A stretch of DNA of 64,000 bases from Alphaproteobacteria bacterium (GTDB taxonomy: Bacteria; Pseudomonadota; Alphaproteobacteria; Micavibrionales; Micavibrionaceae), in the NCBI GenBank assembly GCA_020443075.1, contig JAGRIU010000034.1:23421-87420 (forward strand), in the 5' to 3' direction. This document shows, in pieces, positions 7,957 to 19,004 of the stretch. Both the position numbers and the translations under genes were made by a program. Every line of letters begins with the position of its first letter. Position 1 is the stretch's first letter. The notes under the pieces were generated by a model, which ran no database searches, was not told where the DNA came from, and was given only the letters and a program-made list of their open reading frames with translations.

Positions 7957-10362
7957 ATGAAATTCACGCTGAGCTGGCTCAAAAGACATCTGGACACCGA
8001 CGCTTCGTTAGAGGAGATCGGCAAAGCCCTGACCGCCATAGGCCTTGAGGTCGAGGAGATCACCGACCGCGCGAAAGACTTCGCCCCGTTCAAAGTCGCG
8101 CTCATCGAGGCCGCCGAAAAGCATCCCGATGCGGATAAGCTCAAAGTCTGCACTGTGAAAACAGAAAGCGGCATGCAGCAAGTCGTCTGCGGTGCCCCCA
8201 ACGCGCGCGCCGGGATGAAAGGCATTTTCGCACCTGAAAATACGTATATTCCGGGGCTGGATGTGACCTTGAAAAAGACCAAAATTCGCGGCGTCGAAAG
8301 CTGCGGCATGATGGTTTCGGAAAAGGAAATGCAGCTTTCCGACGAACACAAAGGCATTATCGAAGTCGATGATTCATACGCGATCGGCACGCCGATGGCC
8401 GGAATTTTCGGCCTTGATGATCCTGTCATTGAAATCGCCCTCACCCCCAACCGCGCCGATTGTGCAGGCGTGCGCGGCATTGCGCGCGATCTTGCCGCCG
8501 CAGGTCTGGGTAAGCTCAAACCGCTCCAAACGCCGTCCGTAACAGGGCAAGGCGCTTCGCCCGTCAAGGTTACAATCGAAGATACCGAAGGTTGCCCGCT
8601 CTTTCTCGGCCGCTATATCAAGGGCGTCAAAAACGCCCCCTCGCCGAAATGGCTGCAAGACCAGCTCAAAGCCGTGGGCCTCAGGCCCATTTCCGCGCTG
8701 GTCGATATCACAAACTTTATCTGTCTCGACCATGCCCGCCCGCTGCACGTTTATGATGCGGACAAACTGAGCGGTGATATTTACGTTAGAACGTCTCACA
8801 AAAACGAAACATTTAGAGATTTGAACGTAAAAGCTCATACATTCAAGGGCAATGAATTGGTCATTAGCGATGAGGCTGGCCCTCAGGGGCTGGCGGGCAT
8901 TATAGGTGGTCAGGACACTTGCGTAGAAGAAGACACCACCAACATCTTCCTCGAATGCGCCTATTTCAAACCCGAACGCATCGCCCGCACAGGCCGTGCC
9001 CTGAGTATCGACAGCGATGCGCGCTATCGTTTCGATCGCGGCGTCGATCCGGCTTTCCTCTCCGAAGCCATGGAGATTTTCACGGCTATGGTGCTGGACA
9101 TTTGCGGCGGACAGGCGAGCGAGATCGTCACAGCAGGCCAAGAGCCAAACTGGCAAACCGAAATAGAATACGATCCTGCTTATTGTGCGCAGCTCATCGG
9201 TCTGGATATACCCCAAGCCCGCCAGCTTGAAATCCTGAGCGCGCTCGGCTTCGAAGTCTCCGGCAGCGCGCCGAAACTCAAAATCCGTCCACCCTCATGG
9301 CGCGGAGACGTGTTCGCCCGTGCCGACATCGTTGAGGAAATCATCCGCATCGAGGGCTTTGACAAGCTGCCTGCCGTCTCCGTGATCAACGACACGGCCG
9401 TGCCTTCGGGCGCCGAAACCCCGCTGCTGACCCGCATGCGTACGGCCCGCGCCGCGCTGGCCGCCCGCGGTTTGCAGGAATCGATCACCTGGTCATTCAT
9501 TGGTCGTGACTTTGCAGCCGCCTTTGGCGCGAATGATAACCAGATCGCCGCGCTCACTTTACAAAACCCGATTTCTTCGGAAATGGATGTCATGCGCCCG
9601 TCAATCTTGCCGACCTTGATCGAAGCCGCCATCCGCAACGAAGCACGCGGTTATCCGTCCGCCGCCCTGTTTGAAGTCGGCCCCGTTTTTGCTGGCGTCA
9701 AACCCGAAGATCAATCTATCCTCGCCGCCGGAATCCGCACCGGATCAAATGCCGCGCGTCACTGGGCTGATAAAACTGCTGCGCGCCCTGTCGATCTTTA
9801 TGACGCCAAAGCAGACGCTTTAGCTGCGTTGGCCGCTGCGGGCGCACCGGCCGAAAACGCGCAGATCAGCGCCGACGCACCGGAATACTATCATCCGGGC
9901 CGCTCGGGCGCCCTCAGACTGGGTAAAAACGTTTTGGCCTATTTCGGAGAAATCCATCCGGCCACACTGGAAGACATGGACGTGAAATTCCCTATCGTGG
10001 CATTCGAGGTTTTCCTTGAAAATATCCCCGAAGCCAAAAAGAAATCCGGCACGGAAAAACCGTATCTCACGCTCGAACCGCTCCAGCCGCTCGCGCGCGA
10101 CTTTGCCTTTGTGGTCGATGAACAAACACCCGCCGCCGATATTATCCGCGCCGCAAAATCCGCCGATAAAACCCTGATCACAGGAGCGGAGATTTTCGAC
10201 GTGTATCAGGGCAAAGGCGTCGAGCCGGGGCAAAAATCTATCGCCCTGTCCGTCAGCATCCAACCCACAGAGCAAACCCTGACCGACAAAGACCTCGAAG
10301 GCCTGATGGCCCGCGTCATCGACGCCGTGCAGCAAAAATGCGGCGGGGTTTTGCGGGGGTGA
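7957..10362 (+). CDS. pheT: Phenylalanine--tRNA ligase beta subunit
   Basis: 801 aa starting MKFTLSWLKRHLD, with a tRNA-binding domain (KLKVCTVKTESG), B3/4 and B5 regions and an FDX-ACB C-terminus. It directly follows pheS. Confidence 0.95.
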   Translation: MKFTLSWLKRHLDTDASLEEIGKALTAIGLEVEEITDRAKDFAPFKVALIEAAEKHPDADKLKVCTVKTESGMQQVVCGAPNARAGMKGIFAPENTYIPGLDVTLKKTKIRGVESCGMMVSEKEMQLSDEHKGIIEVDDSYAIGTPMAGIFGLDDPVIEIALTPNRADCAGVRGIARDLAAAGLGKLKPLQTPSVTGQGASPVKVTIEDTEGCPLFLGRYIKGVKNAPSPKWLQDQLKAVGLRPISALVDITNFICLDHARPLHVYDADKLSGDIYVRTSHKNETFRDLNVKAHTFKGNELVISDEAGPQGLAGIIGGQDTCVEEDTTNIFLECAYFKPERIARTGRALSIDSDARYRFDRGVDPAFLSEAMEIFTAMVLDICGGQASEIVTAGQEPNWQTEIEYDPAYCAQLIGLDIPQARQLEILSALGFEVSGSAPKLKIRPPSWRGDVFARADIVEEIIRIEGFDKLPAVSVINDTAVPSGAETPLLTRMRTARAALAARGLQESITWSFIGRDFAAAFGANDNQIAALTLQNPISSEMDVMRPSILPTLIEAAIRNEARGYPSAALFEVGPVFAGVKPEDQSILAAGIRTGSNAARHWADKTAARPVDLYDAKADALAALAAAGAPAENAQISADAPEYYHPGRSGALRLGKNVLAYFGEIHPATLEDMDVKFPIVAFEVFLENIPEAKKKSGTEKPYLTLEPLQPLARDFAFVVDEQTPAADIIRAAKSADKTLITGAEIFDVYQGKGVEPGQKSIALSVSIQPTEQTLTDKDLEGLMARVIDAVQQKCGGVLRG

Positions 10363-10363
10363 T

Positions 10364-10888
10364 GTGAGTGCGGAGAATATTTATATCCGCGCACTGACGC
10401 CCGATGATTGGCAGGACTTACGGACCATTCGCATCCGCGCGGTCAAAAAGCATACAAACGTATTTTTAGCCGATCCCAAGGATACCGAAGACAAGCCCAA
10501 AGAACATTGGCAGGATGTCAGCGGCGACAAACAAGTCTTTGGCCTATTCGACGACCAAACGCTGATTGGCATTACCGGTGTTTTTACCTGGCGCGAAGAC
10601 CCCGACGGTCACACCGGCATCATGGCCATGAGCTATATCGAACCCGCATATCGGGGAAAAGGCTACAGCGCTTTATTATACAAAGCCCGGATAGATTTCT
10701 CTCTTGAATACAAGCCGTGGGTGAAGCTCAGAGTCTCTCATCGCGCAGGCAACGAAGCCTCGCGCCGCGCTATGATTAAACACGGCTTTAAGCTGATCGG
10801 TCAAAAAGAAATCAACTGGCCTGACGGTACGCGCGATCTGGAATACCAATACGAACTGGACTTGAAAGCTTTACGCACCGCATCTTGA
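10364..10888 (+). CDS. GNAT-family N-acetyltransferase
   Basis: Acetyl-CoA binding motif YRGKGYSALLYKARIDF and an NEASRRAMIKHGFK C-terminal block. GTG start lies 1 nt after the pheT stop. Confidence 0.75.
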   Translation: MSAENIYIRALTPDDWQDLRTIRIRAVKKHTNVFLADPKDTEDKPKEHWQDVSGDKQVFGLFDDQTLIGITGVFTWREDPDGHTGIMAMSYIEPAYRGKGYSALLYKARIDFSLEYKPWVKLRVSHRAGNEASRRAMIKHGFKLIGQKEINWPDGTRDLEYQYELDLKALRTAS

Positions 10889-10955
10889 TCTTGACAAATA
10901 CGCTCTTTTGTAGGAATATAGTCCTCTAAATTCACCCTGAATCCGTCTAGACGAA

Positions 10956-10980
10956 GAGCCCATCTCAAGGGGCTTTTTTC
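10956..10980 (+). terminator. Intrinsic terminator after pheST-GNAT
   Basis: agccc (10957-10961) pairs with gggct (10970-10974), followed by a T6 run. Confidence 0.5.
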
Positions 10981-11017
10981 ATGCCCCTTTCCAAAACATA
11001 AAAGGAGACAAACGCCC

Positions 11018-11638
11018 ATGCTGTTTAACAATGTGATGAAACTCATTCATGAACCGGTCGGTAATAATTTGACCAACCGCCCCGAAGACGTTGAAAACGT
11101 CAAATTCAAATTCGCAACCATCGATCGTTACAAAACGCCCGTGGAAAACGGCTATATAGACCGTGAACTGAACGACGCCATCCTCGGTTTTCAACGCGAT
11201 AAAGGCTTGAAAGTCGACGGCCGTATGAATCCCGGCGGGGAAACCGAAGCAGCTCTGGTCGGCGATATCTTAGGCTTTACCGATGAGGATAGAAATATCC
11301 CAAACCCGGAGCCGCAAAAAATAGCCGGGCTGGGCGCACTTCCAGGTCTTTTTATAAGATTAGCCCCGGTCCTCAGAATGGCGCCGCTTGTCGCCAAGGA
11401 CTGGTGGGCAAACCAAAGCACCGAAGAACGCGAACGCGCCTTGCAAAAGACAAAAGAAGAGGAAGCGCGTAAAGCGGAGTGCGATGAAACATATTCGGAA
11501 AACACGCAAGCTTGTAATCGTGTTACACAAGCAAAAGGCGAGCGTGCCGGAGCTATTTGCCATCAATCAGCATCAGAAATTTATGCAAGTTGTCTTAGTG
11601 GTAAAGAGAAAGAATATTGGCCACCCTTGCAGGACTAA
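11018..11638 (+). CDS. Hypothetical protein with a peptidoglycan-binding-like segment and a Cys-rich C-terminus
   Basis: Strong RBS (aaggag, 9 nt before the ATG). LNDAILGFQRDKGLKVDGRMNPGGETEAAL resembles the PG_binding_1 repeat. There is a hydrophobic stretch (IAGLGALPGLFIRLAPVL) and four Cys in the last 60 aa. Confidence 0.5.
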   Translation: MLFNNVMKLIHEPVGNNLTNRPEDVENVKFKFATIDRYKTPVENGYIDRELNDAILGFQRDKGLKVDGRMNPGGETEAALVGDILGFTDEDRNIPNPEPQKIAGLGALPGLFIRLAPVLRMAPLVAKDWWANQSTEERERALQKTKEEEARKAECDETYSENTQACNRVTQAKGERAGAICHQSASEIYASCLSGKEKEYWPPLQD

Positions 11639-11662
11639 TCAAAGCAGCTTAAAATCTAGGAC

Positions 11663-12157
11663 ATGATAAGGCGCCCTCAAAAACAAATGCTTTATATCTC
11701 GGCGCATGACCCACATGGCGAACCATATCTTAAGTTTGAGCGCGAACTATATTATAGAAATCAAAAGCGCGAATGCCATAAGGAACGTCAACTATATACA
11801 AAAGATATAGAAATCCTGCGCCGAGATGATGAGTGGCTCAAAGAGCTAGGCTTTGGGCTGATTTTAAGCCTTTTAATCCGCAAAGACTTAAAAGACAGTA
11901 AGGGTCGCACGTGGGCGCAAATTCCCTATCCGCATCACCGTGGCCGCACCCCGGTTGTGCGGATAGATCAGGAACCCTATGAATACAAAAAATGCCGAAC
12001 ATTCTGCACCATCATGCCGCTTCCCAGCATAGATGTGGATAGGGAAATCGTAAATGAAGAGCTGAAAAGAGCTTTGGCGCTCACGGTTCTGGAGTATCTT
12101 CCTTTAGATGTGGAGGATGGCGAGTCTGAAGCGGACGTAGTCCGCGGCGCAGGCTAA
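11663..12157 (+). CDS. Hypothetical protein (no recognisable domain)
   Basis: 164-aa ORF lying 25 nt downstream of 11018-11638 and AT-richer than its neighbours. Weak RBS. Its 3' end overlaps the convergent fadD stop by 4 nt. Confidence 0.4.
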   Translation: MIRRPQKQMLYISAHDPHGEPYLKFERELYYRNQKRECHKERQLYTKDIEILRRDDEWLKELGFGLILSLLIRKDLKDSKGRTWAQIPYPHHRGRTPVVRIDQEPYEYKKCRTFCTIMPLPSIDVDREIVNEELKRALALTVLEYLPLDVEDGESEADVVRGAG

Positions 12158-13854
12158 CCTTCCCCCAACTCCTCCGCCACGATATCTTTCCGTGATAATT
12201 TCCCGATCATGGTCTTCGGCAAGGGCGCATCACGAAATTCGATCCGGCGCGGCATTTCGATTTTTGAAATCTTATCCTCCAGAAAACTTTTCAGCTCTTC
12301 GACGCTCAGATGCCGCCCCTCTTTGAGCTTGATCCACGCTTTGACAATCTCCCCGCGCTGCGCATCGGGCAGGCCCGCAACGATGCATTCCTCGACATTG
12401 GGATGCATATAAATCGCCTCTTCGACATGGCGCGGATAGACATTATAGCCGTTGGTGATGATCAGATCCTTGATCCGGTCGACAATATAACAATACCCCT
12501 TGGCATCCATATAGGCGATGTCCCCGGTATGCAGCCGTAAGTCCCCGTCGCCCGTGGGACGCAGCACGCCGTCCGTAGCCTGCGGATTATTGTAATAGCC
12601 TTTCATCACTTGCGGCCCGCGGATGCAGATTTCCCCGCGCTCGCCCAGCGGCATCGGCGTGGTCTTATCCTCCGGATCAATGATCTCAATCACCGTGCCG
12701 GGCAGCGGCAAGCCAATCGATCCGGCCACATTCTCGCCAAAAGGCGGATTCACAGCCACCACCGGAGACGTTTCGCTCAGGCCATAGCCTTCCACCACCG
12801 TGCAGCCCGTTTTGGCCTCGAACTTTTTCTTCACCTCCACTGGCAACGGCGCACCGCCGGAAATGCAAAACCGCAAGGATGACAGATCAAAATGATCGAG
12901 CTTCGGATGCGTGTTGATTGCGCCGAAAATCGCCGGCACGGCGGGCATATAATGTGGGCGTTTTTTGTGGATGAGATCCAGCGTGTCTTTTAGATCAAAG
13001 CGCGGCAAGGTGACGATTTTCATTCCGGCTATCACCGCCATGTTCAGGCACACCGTCATCGCAAAAACATGAAAAAACGGCAACGCCGCCAGCATCTTTT
13101 CGTGTGGCTCATCCGTGGGGGGATCGGGAAAATGCGCATAACACTGCACCGCATTGATGGAGATATTCGCATGCGTCAACATCGCGCCTTTGGGTACGCC
13201 GGTCGTCCCGCCGGTATATTGCAGCACCGCCACATCATTGACCAAATCAATCTCTGGCCGCACGGCTTTCCCGTCATTTTTAAGAAGCTCATGGAGCTTG
13301 ATAAAGCGTGCATCGTTATTGATTGACGCAATTTCTCCGGCCTTGATCAAGGGAAACAGCGCGTTTTTAGGAAAGGGTAGAAAATCGGCAAACCGCCCGA
13401 TAATCAGTTTTTCCAGCCGCGTGCTCGCCAGCGCTTTCTCCAGCTTGCCCATCATAAGCTTCAAATCCAGCGTAACGATAATATCGCATTCACTATCTTC
13501 GATCAGATGCTCAAGTTCCCGCTCGGCATAGAGCGGATTGAAATTCACCACCACCGCCCCGGCCATCAATGCGCCGTAATAGGCAATCGGGTACAACGGA
13601 CAATTCGGCAGGCATAAACCCACCTTATCACCTTTTTGTACGCTCAGAGTTTGTAGTCCTTTGGCAAATCGCCCGACGAGATTATACAACTTATGGTATG
13701 TATATATTTTCCCCATAAAATCCATCGCCGGACGGGTTGGATGTTTCGTTGCACTGTCCCCCAGCGCATCAACCATCCATCTCGGCTCAAGCTCCATGTC
13801 CCAACGCGGGCGATCGGGATAGAATTTCAGCCATGGATATTCGGAAGGGCTCAT
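12154..13854 (-). CDS. fadD: Long-chain fatty acid--CoA ligase (AMP-forming)
   Basis: AMP-binding signature LQYTGGTTGVPKGAMLTH, plus the GYGLSETSP and TGDIAYMDAKGYCYIVDRIKD motifs. 566 aa. Confidence 0.9.
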   Translation of the reverse strand: MSPSEYPWLKFYPDRPRWDMELEPRWMVDALGDSATKHPTRPAMDFMGKIYTYHKLYNLVGRFAKGLQTLSVQKGDKVGLCLPNCPLYPIAYYGALMAGAVVVNFNPLYAERELEHLIEDSECDIIVTLDLKLMMGKLEKALASTRLEKLIIGRFADFLPFPKNALFPLIKAGEIASINNDARFIKLHELLKNDGKAVRPEIDLVNDVAVLQYTGGTTGVPKGAMLTHANISINAVQCYAHFPDPPTDEPHEKMLAALPFFHVFAMTVCLNMAVIAGMKIVTLPRFDLKDTLDLIHKKRPHYMPAVPAIFGAINTHPKLDHFDLSSLRFCISGGAPLPVEVKKKFEAKTGCTVVEGYGLSETSPVVAVNPPFGENVAGSIGLPLPGTVIEIIDPEDKTTPMPLGERGEICIRGPQVMKGYYNNPQATDGVLRPTGDGDLRLHTGDIAYMDAKGYCYIVDRIKDLIITNGYNVYPRHVEEAIYMHPNVEECIVAGLPDAQRGEIVKAWIKLKEGRHLSVEELKSFLEDKISKIEMPRRIEFRDAPLPKTMIGKLSRKDIVAEELGEG

Positions 13855-14061
13855 AGGGGTTTTTGCTCATTTGCAGGTTAAAAAGAATATAGACTCAATG
13901 TCTTATTCTACCACTTTCCAACAAGCAAAGGGCGCAAAATATCGGAAAAGTAAAAAACCATCTCGACATAGCGCTGGATTTTTGCCCCGTCTTGAGGCAA
14001 AATATTCGCATTGCCCGTTCGGGTGATATGTTCTGCGTTATCGACGATAACAACCTTAAGG

Positions 14062-14580
14062 ATGAATTTCGTGCCAACACCCAACCTTGAATCGCAGCCC
14101 GAAGGCGAGATCAAGCCGATCAAAATGCACCTCAAATGGTTTAATGGTGCGAAGGGTTTCGGTTTTGTGGTTCCCGATGATGAAAGCTTTGATGCTTTTG
14201 TGCATATCACAACGCTTCAAGAAGCCGGCCTGCACGCACTGGGCGAAGGCGCGGTGTTGATGTGTACGATTTGTGATGGCCCGAAAGGCAAACAGGTTCA
14301 AGACATTATCGAAGTCATCGATCAGGGCAGTGTGAACCTAATGCCCGAGGAAGTCGGTGAGGACGGAACGTTTTCCATGGGCGGGCTGGTCAAATGGTAT
14401 AAACCGGAAAAAGGCTTCGGTTTCATTATGCCAGATGACGGCATGAAAGATATCTTCATCCACAAAAGCCTGCTCGATAAACTGGAACTCGAAGAACTCA
14501 GCGCCGGCACCCGCGTCAAGGTCACGCTCAAAATCGTCGACAAAGGCCGCGAAGCTGTCGATCTGGAAATCATCCGCTAA
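14062..14580 (+). CDS. Cold-shock-domain protein with two tandem CSDs
   Basis: Two copies of the CSD RNP motifs ([22 protein letters not shown] and [22 protein letters not shown]). The start is uncertain (ATG 14062, GTG 14071 or ATG 14125). Confidence 0.85.
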   Translation: MNFVPTPNLESQPEGEIKPIKMHLKWFNGAKGFGFVVPDDESFDAFVHITTLQEAGLHALGEGAVLMCTICDGPKGKQVQDIIEVIDQGSVNLMPEEVGEDGTFSMGGLVKWYKPEKGFGFIMPDDGMKDIFIHKSLLDKLELEELSAGTRVKVTLKIVDKGREAVDLEIIR

Positions 14581-17500
14581 AATTTGAGGCTTTCGGTTGG
14601 GGCGCTGCTGTCTCGTCTTTCTTCCAAAACCGTATGCGCTTCCATAAACGTCCGGCTTTATCGCGCAGCATGAGCGCCGATGGCGTCACCACCAGTGTCA
14701 ACACGGTTGAAAAACTCAGGCCGTAAACAATCGCCGTGGAAAGCTGAACCCACCACTGCGTCGAAGGGGCTCCGACGCTGACCGCGCGCGTGATGAAATC
14801 AATATTGACCTGTAACACCATCGGCAGCAAGCCGACGACCGTTGTCACCGTCGTCAACAAGACCGGTCGCAAACGCTGCGCCCCCGTGCGCAATATCAAC
14901 TCGCGCGTATCCATCCTATCGCCATAGGTTTTCTTGAGTTGGTCAAACGTGTCGATCAGCACGATATTATTATTCACGATAATGCCCGCCAGCGCGATCA
15001 CACCCACGCCGCTCATGATAATACCGAAGGGCTGGCCCGTGACCATCAGTCCGATCATAACGCCGATGGTAGACATGATGACTGCGCTGAGGATCAAGAG
15101 CGCGCTGTAAAAGCTGTTAAACTGCGTGACCAGGATAATCGCCATCATAAATAGCGCTACGCCGAACGCATTGATCAAAAAGGCCTGAGATTCACGCTGG
15201 GTTTCATCATCGCCTTTAAACGTGATCGCCACATCCGGATCCAGCTTGTCTTTGTTATTTTTAAGCCACGCCTTGATCTGATCAATTTTAGCATTGATAT
15301 TCATCCCTGGCGGCAAGTCCGCTTGTACAGTGATAATTCGGCGCTGATCGGAGCGGTTGATCACGCCCACGGACGGCTTGGCCCGCCGTTCGGCGAAACT
15401 GGAAATCGGCACGCTGCCGCCTTTGGAAGTTTCAATCCGCACCCGGTCAAGCTGGTCCAGCGTGCGTTTGTCTTTTTCATGCCGGATAACGATGTCGATC
15501 TCTTCATCGCTGTCATCGGGGCGGTATCCGCCGATAATCAGCCCGTTCGTCACCATGCGCACATAATAGCCGATCGTGGTGATATCCAGCCCGAATTTGG
15601 CCGCTTGCGAGCGATCGACATCCAGTTCCCAGTCGATCCCGGGCAGAGGACGGCTGTCTTCAACATCGCGGAAATCTCCAAGTTCGTCCAAAACCGCAAG
15701 AGTCGTTTCCGTTGCCCCCTCAAGTTTTTCCGGGAAGCGCGAAGCGATCTGGATTTGCACAGCTTTCCCGGAGGATGGTCCATCCTGCTGCTTTTGCGTT
15801 TCAACAAAAATCCCGGCAATACCGGCGGTGTTTTTGCGGATATCATCGAGAATTTTATCCGCCGGCGGTCGCTCGTCCCAGTCTTTGAACTGGATTTGCA
15901 ATTGCCCGATTACATCCTCAGCCAAATTCGCACCGCGCTGCGCGGCTTTTCCGGAACGGGTATAAAGACTTTCGATCCCTTCGGATTGCTCCAAAACCCG
16001 GTTTTCAACCTCGCGCACCAACTGATCTTTTTCATGCACAGAAAGGTTGCCGCGTGCATGAACGAGCACATTGGCAAATTCCGGTTCGATATCCGGAAAA
16101 AATTCAATGCCTTTTCCAAACTTTGCGTAAGAAAGCTGTACACTCACTAAAACAAGAGCGGCGGCCAATAAAACCAAACCCGGACGTTTCAAGGCGGCGC
16201 CTAAAACACCTAAATACCACCCTGTAAAACCTTTAACGTCCTTAAGGTCTCCTTCTTCGGCCGCCGCCAGCATTTTTCGTGCTTTCGGATCTTTGGCCGC
16301 ACCGGCCTTGCCGATCAGCGAACCCAACGTCGGCACAAAGATCAGCGCCATCAAAAGTGAGGAAAACAAAACACAAATCATCGTCAGCGGCATATAGCGC
16401 ATGAACTGTCCGGGAATGCCCGGCCAGAAGAGCAAGGGCGCAAACGCCGCCAGTGTCGTGGCGGTCGAAGATGTAATCGGCCAGGCCATTCGCTTGGCCG
16501 CGTAGCCATAGGCCTCTTTGCGGCTCAAACCTTCGGCCATCTTTCGGTCGGCCAGCTCCACGACCACAATCGCGCCGTCCACCAGCATCCCGACCGAAAG
16601 GATCAGCGAAAAGAGAACCACAATATTGACGGTCAGCCCCATCGTAGAGAGCACTAAAATCCCGGTCAAAAACGCACCGGGAATGGCCACGCCCACAAGT
16701 GCAGCGGCGCGCAAGCCCAAGGCCCACACCACAACGATCATCACCAGTAAGATTGCACTGATCACGTTATTTTGCAGATCCAAAAGCATCGTTTTGATCT
16801 GCTTGGATTCATCGCGGGTAAACGTGACCTCGACGTTGGACGGCCAGAAGACTTTTTCCTGAGCAACAACGCGCTGAACCTCGTCGATCGTATCAATAAT
16901 ATTTTCACCGGCGCGTTTGACAACCTCAATGGAAATAGCGCGCTGGCCGTTGATCCGCGCGAAATTCTGCGGGTCTTTGAATGTGCGCCTGATCTCGGCG
17001 ATATCCCCGACCGTAATCACGGAATCCCCGCTGGTTTTCAGCGGCATTTTCATCACATCGTAGACATCTTTGAACAGGCCCGGCACTTCGACAGCAAAAC
17101 TACCCGCCCCCGTATCAAGCTGTCCGGCGGCGACCAGCCGGTTTGAAAGCCTAAAGAAATTGAGAATGGCCACGCCGTCCAGCCCGTAACTCTCCAAAAG
17201 TTCGGGATTTACGACAATCTCGACCAGCTCTTCACGGTCCCCGGCGATCGCCGATTCCAAAACCGAAGGGATAGTCTCGATCTTATCCTGAAGATCATTG
17301 GCCAACTTTAAAAGCGTGCGTTCGGGCACATCACCTGACAAATTGACCACCAGCACCGGAAACAGGCTGAAATTTACTTCCGTGACTTTGGGCTCTTCCA
17401 CATCGTCGGGAAGCTCAGGTCGCGCTTGATCAACGGCCTTTTGCACATCATCCAGTGCTTTGTCCTTGTTAAAACCGGCGTTAAATTCCAGCAAAACATA

Positions 17501-17773
17501 GCCCCCGCCCTGATACCCCGAAGAGAGCATTTCCTTCACCCCGTCGATCGAGGAGAGCTCTTGCTCTAAGGGGCGCAACAAAAGGCGCTCAGCATCATCT
17601 GGCGATATCCCTTCAAGGCCCACAGAAACATAAATTTTCGGAATATCGATGTCCGGAGAGGATTCCTTAGGGATACTGACATAGGCAACCGTACCCGCGA
17701 TCAAGAGCAGGGCCAGCGTCAATAAAACCGTGCGCGCATGCGTGATCGAGGCGTCAATAATCGGCGCAATCAT
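14570..17773 (-). CDS. RND efflux transporter permease (AcrB/HAE family)
   Basis: 1067 aa with a 12-TM layout, two large periplasmic loops and typical AcrB blocks ([32 protein letters not shown]). Confidence 0.95.
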   Translation of the reverse strand: MIAPIIDASITHARTVLLTLALLLIAGTVAYVSIPKESSPDIDIPKIYVSVGLEGISPDDAERLLLRPLEQELSSIDGVKEMLSSGYQGGGYVLLEFNAGFNKDKALDDVQKAVDQARPELPDDVEEPKVTEVNFSLFPVLVVNLSGDVPERTLLKLANDLQDKIETIPSVLESAIAGDREELVEIVVNPELLESYGLDGVAILNFFRLSNRLVAAGQLDTGAGSFAVEVPGLFKDVYDVMKMPLKTSGDSVITVGDIAEIRRTFKDPQNFARINGQRAISIEVVKRAGENIIDTIDEVQRVVAQEKVFWPSNVEVTFTRDESKQIKTMLLDLQNNVISAILLVMIVVVWALGLRAAALVGVAIPGAFLTGILVLSTMGLTVNIVVLFSLILSVGMLVDGAIVVVELADRKMAEGLSRKEAYGYAAKRMAWPITSSTATTLAAFAPLLFWPGIPGQFMRYMPLTMICVLFSSLLMALIFVPTLGSLIGKAGAAKDPKARKMLAAAEEGDLKDVKGFTGWYLGVLGAALKRPGLVLLAAALVLVSVQLSYAKFGKGIEFFPDIEPEFANVLVHARGNLSVHEKDQLVREVENRVLEQSEGIESLYTRSGKAAQRGANLAEDVIGQLQIQFKDWDERPPADKILDDIRKNTAGIAGIFVETQKQQDGPSSGKAVQIQIASRFPEKLEGATETTLAVLDELGDFRDVEDSRPLPGIDWELDVDRSQAAKFGLDITTIGYYVRMVTNGLIIGGYRPDDSDEEIDIVIRHEKDKRTLDQLDRVRIETSKGGSVPISSFAERRAKPSVGVINRSDQRRIITVQADLPPGMNINAKIDQIKAWLKNNKDKLDPDVAITFKGDDETQRESQAFLINAFGVALFMMAIILVTQFNSFYSALLILSAVIMSTIGVMIGLMVTGQPFGIIMSGVGVIALAGIIVNNNIVLIDTFDQLKKTYGDRMDTRELILRTGAQRLRPVLLTTVTTVVGLLPMVLQVNIDFITRAVSVGAPSTQWWVQLSTAIVYGLSFSTVLTLVVTPSALMLRDKAGRLWKRIRFWKKDETAAPQPKASNFSG

Positions 17774-18855
17774 AAAAGCCCCTCGCCCTGACTTTCAATA
17801 GGTTCAACTGTTTGCCCCGAGGCCACAAAGTCTTGCCCGACGGTAATCAGCCGCACCTGTGCAGGCAGTCCCGCCACCCACATGGAATCTGTTTTATCGG
17901 ACAGAATTTCAACAGGCATAAACTGCACGGCGTTATTCTCATCGACGATTTTCACACCGATCCGTCCTTCCGTATCCAACGTCAAAACCGACGGCGAAAT
18001 CCGGTGCGCTTGTTTTTCCGAAGCTGGCAACGCCATTTTGGCTGTCAAGCCGTCCTTGATTTTCAAATCCGGATTATCGGCGCGGACAATCACGCGGAAC
18101 GTGCGTGTTTGCTCATCAGAAACCGGAGAGATATACGAAATCGCCCCTTGCAAAACCGTACCATCAAGAAACGCCGCGCTGGCCGAAGCGCCCAGCGTTA
18201 AAACCTGCACATGGCGCTCGGACACAAATCCGACAAGCTCGATCGGGTCCAGATCAATCAGGCGGAAAACAGGATCACCCGGACTGACGTAATCCCCATT
18301 TTCAACATCCTGACGCGCAATGACCCCGTCAAAGGCCGCTGTAATTTTGGTTTTGTTCACATCGACCTGCGCCTGTTTCAGGGCCGCTTTCGCATTCTCA
18401 AGATCGGCCAGCGCCTGAGCTAGACGCACTTTGGAGTTAAAGCCTTTATCGGCCAGCTTTTTCGCCGCGTTATATTCGATCTGGCGCTGCTCAACGCGTT
18501 GGCGCGCTTCGGCTTGCGCCGCCGCGCGGTTGCGCAGTTCGATCTCGGCCAGAACATCGCCTTCCGAGACATGCTGGCCTTCCTCTTTTAAAACCGAAAT
18601 AACCTCTCCGGTAATTTCGGCCTTCATTTCCACATCGCGTGAGGCTTGTGTGCGTCCGGTAACAATAACCTGATCCGCGTAGTTTTGCGCCCGGCTTGTT
18701 TTAAAACGCACCTGTATGAGAGGTTTATGCGCCGCGTCATGATCAGGTGATGTTTCTTCGGCTTGTAGCGATTTCGTCGGCAAAATAAATCCCGATCCAA
18801 TCCACAGCAAAGCCACAACGGCAATGAAAACGGCAATAATTTTCGAAGATCCCAT
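17770..18855 (-). CDS. RND efflux periplasmic adaptor (membrane fusion protein)
   Basis: N-terminal anchor, a coiled-coil hairpin (AQAEARQRVEQRQIEYNAAKKLADKG...LENAKAALKQAQVD) and a beta-barrel C-terminus. Overlaps the RND gene by 4 nt. Confidence 0.9.
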   Translation of the reverse strand: MGSSKIIAVFIAVVALLWIGSGFILPTKSLQAEETSPDHDAAHKPLIQVRFKTSRAQNYADQVIVTGRTQASRDVEMKAEITGEVISVLKEEGQHVSEGDVLAEIELRNRAAAQAEARQRVEQRQIEYNAAKKLADKGFNSKVRLAQALADLENAKAALKQAQVDVNKTKITAAFDGVIARQDVENGDYVSPGDPVFRLIDLDPIELVGFVSERHVQVLTLGASASAAFLDGTVLQGAISYISPVSDEQTRTFRVIVRADNPDLKIKDGLTAKMALPASEKQAHRISPSVLTLDTEGRIGVKIVDENNAVQFMPVEILSDKTDSMWVAGLPAQVRLITVGQDFVASGQTVEPIESQGEGLL

Positions 18856-18930
18856 GCGACAGTTTTCCAGCTTTTTAAAAATAGAGCAGAGTCAGTATAT
18901 AGCACGCACGGACCAAGAAAACCCGTCTAA

Positions 18931-18981
18931 AATAAAGAAAATAAAAACAAAAACGCCGCCGGAGAAACCTCAAGCGGCGCT
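18931..18981 (-). terminator. Intrinsic terminator after gcrA
   Basis: On the minus strand, GCGCCGC...GGCGGCG hairpin (plus-strand 18954-18980) is followed by TTTTTGTTTTTATTTTCTTTATTTT. Confidence 0.6.
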
Positions 18982-19004
18982 TTCTTTCCCTAGGAAGAAA
19001 AAAC

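Noticed and set aside
15323-16150. 275-aa plus-strand ORF, with similar ones at 19636-20268, 24511-25242, 34726-35313, 35362-35952, 53913-54686 and 54969-55643
   Set aside because: All lie opposite well-supported genes (RND pump, era, antiporter, sdhA, topA) and have no independent motifs or RBS.
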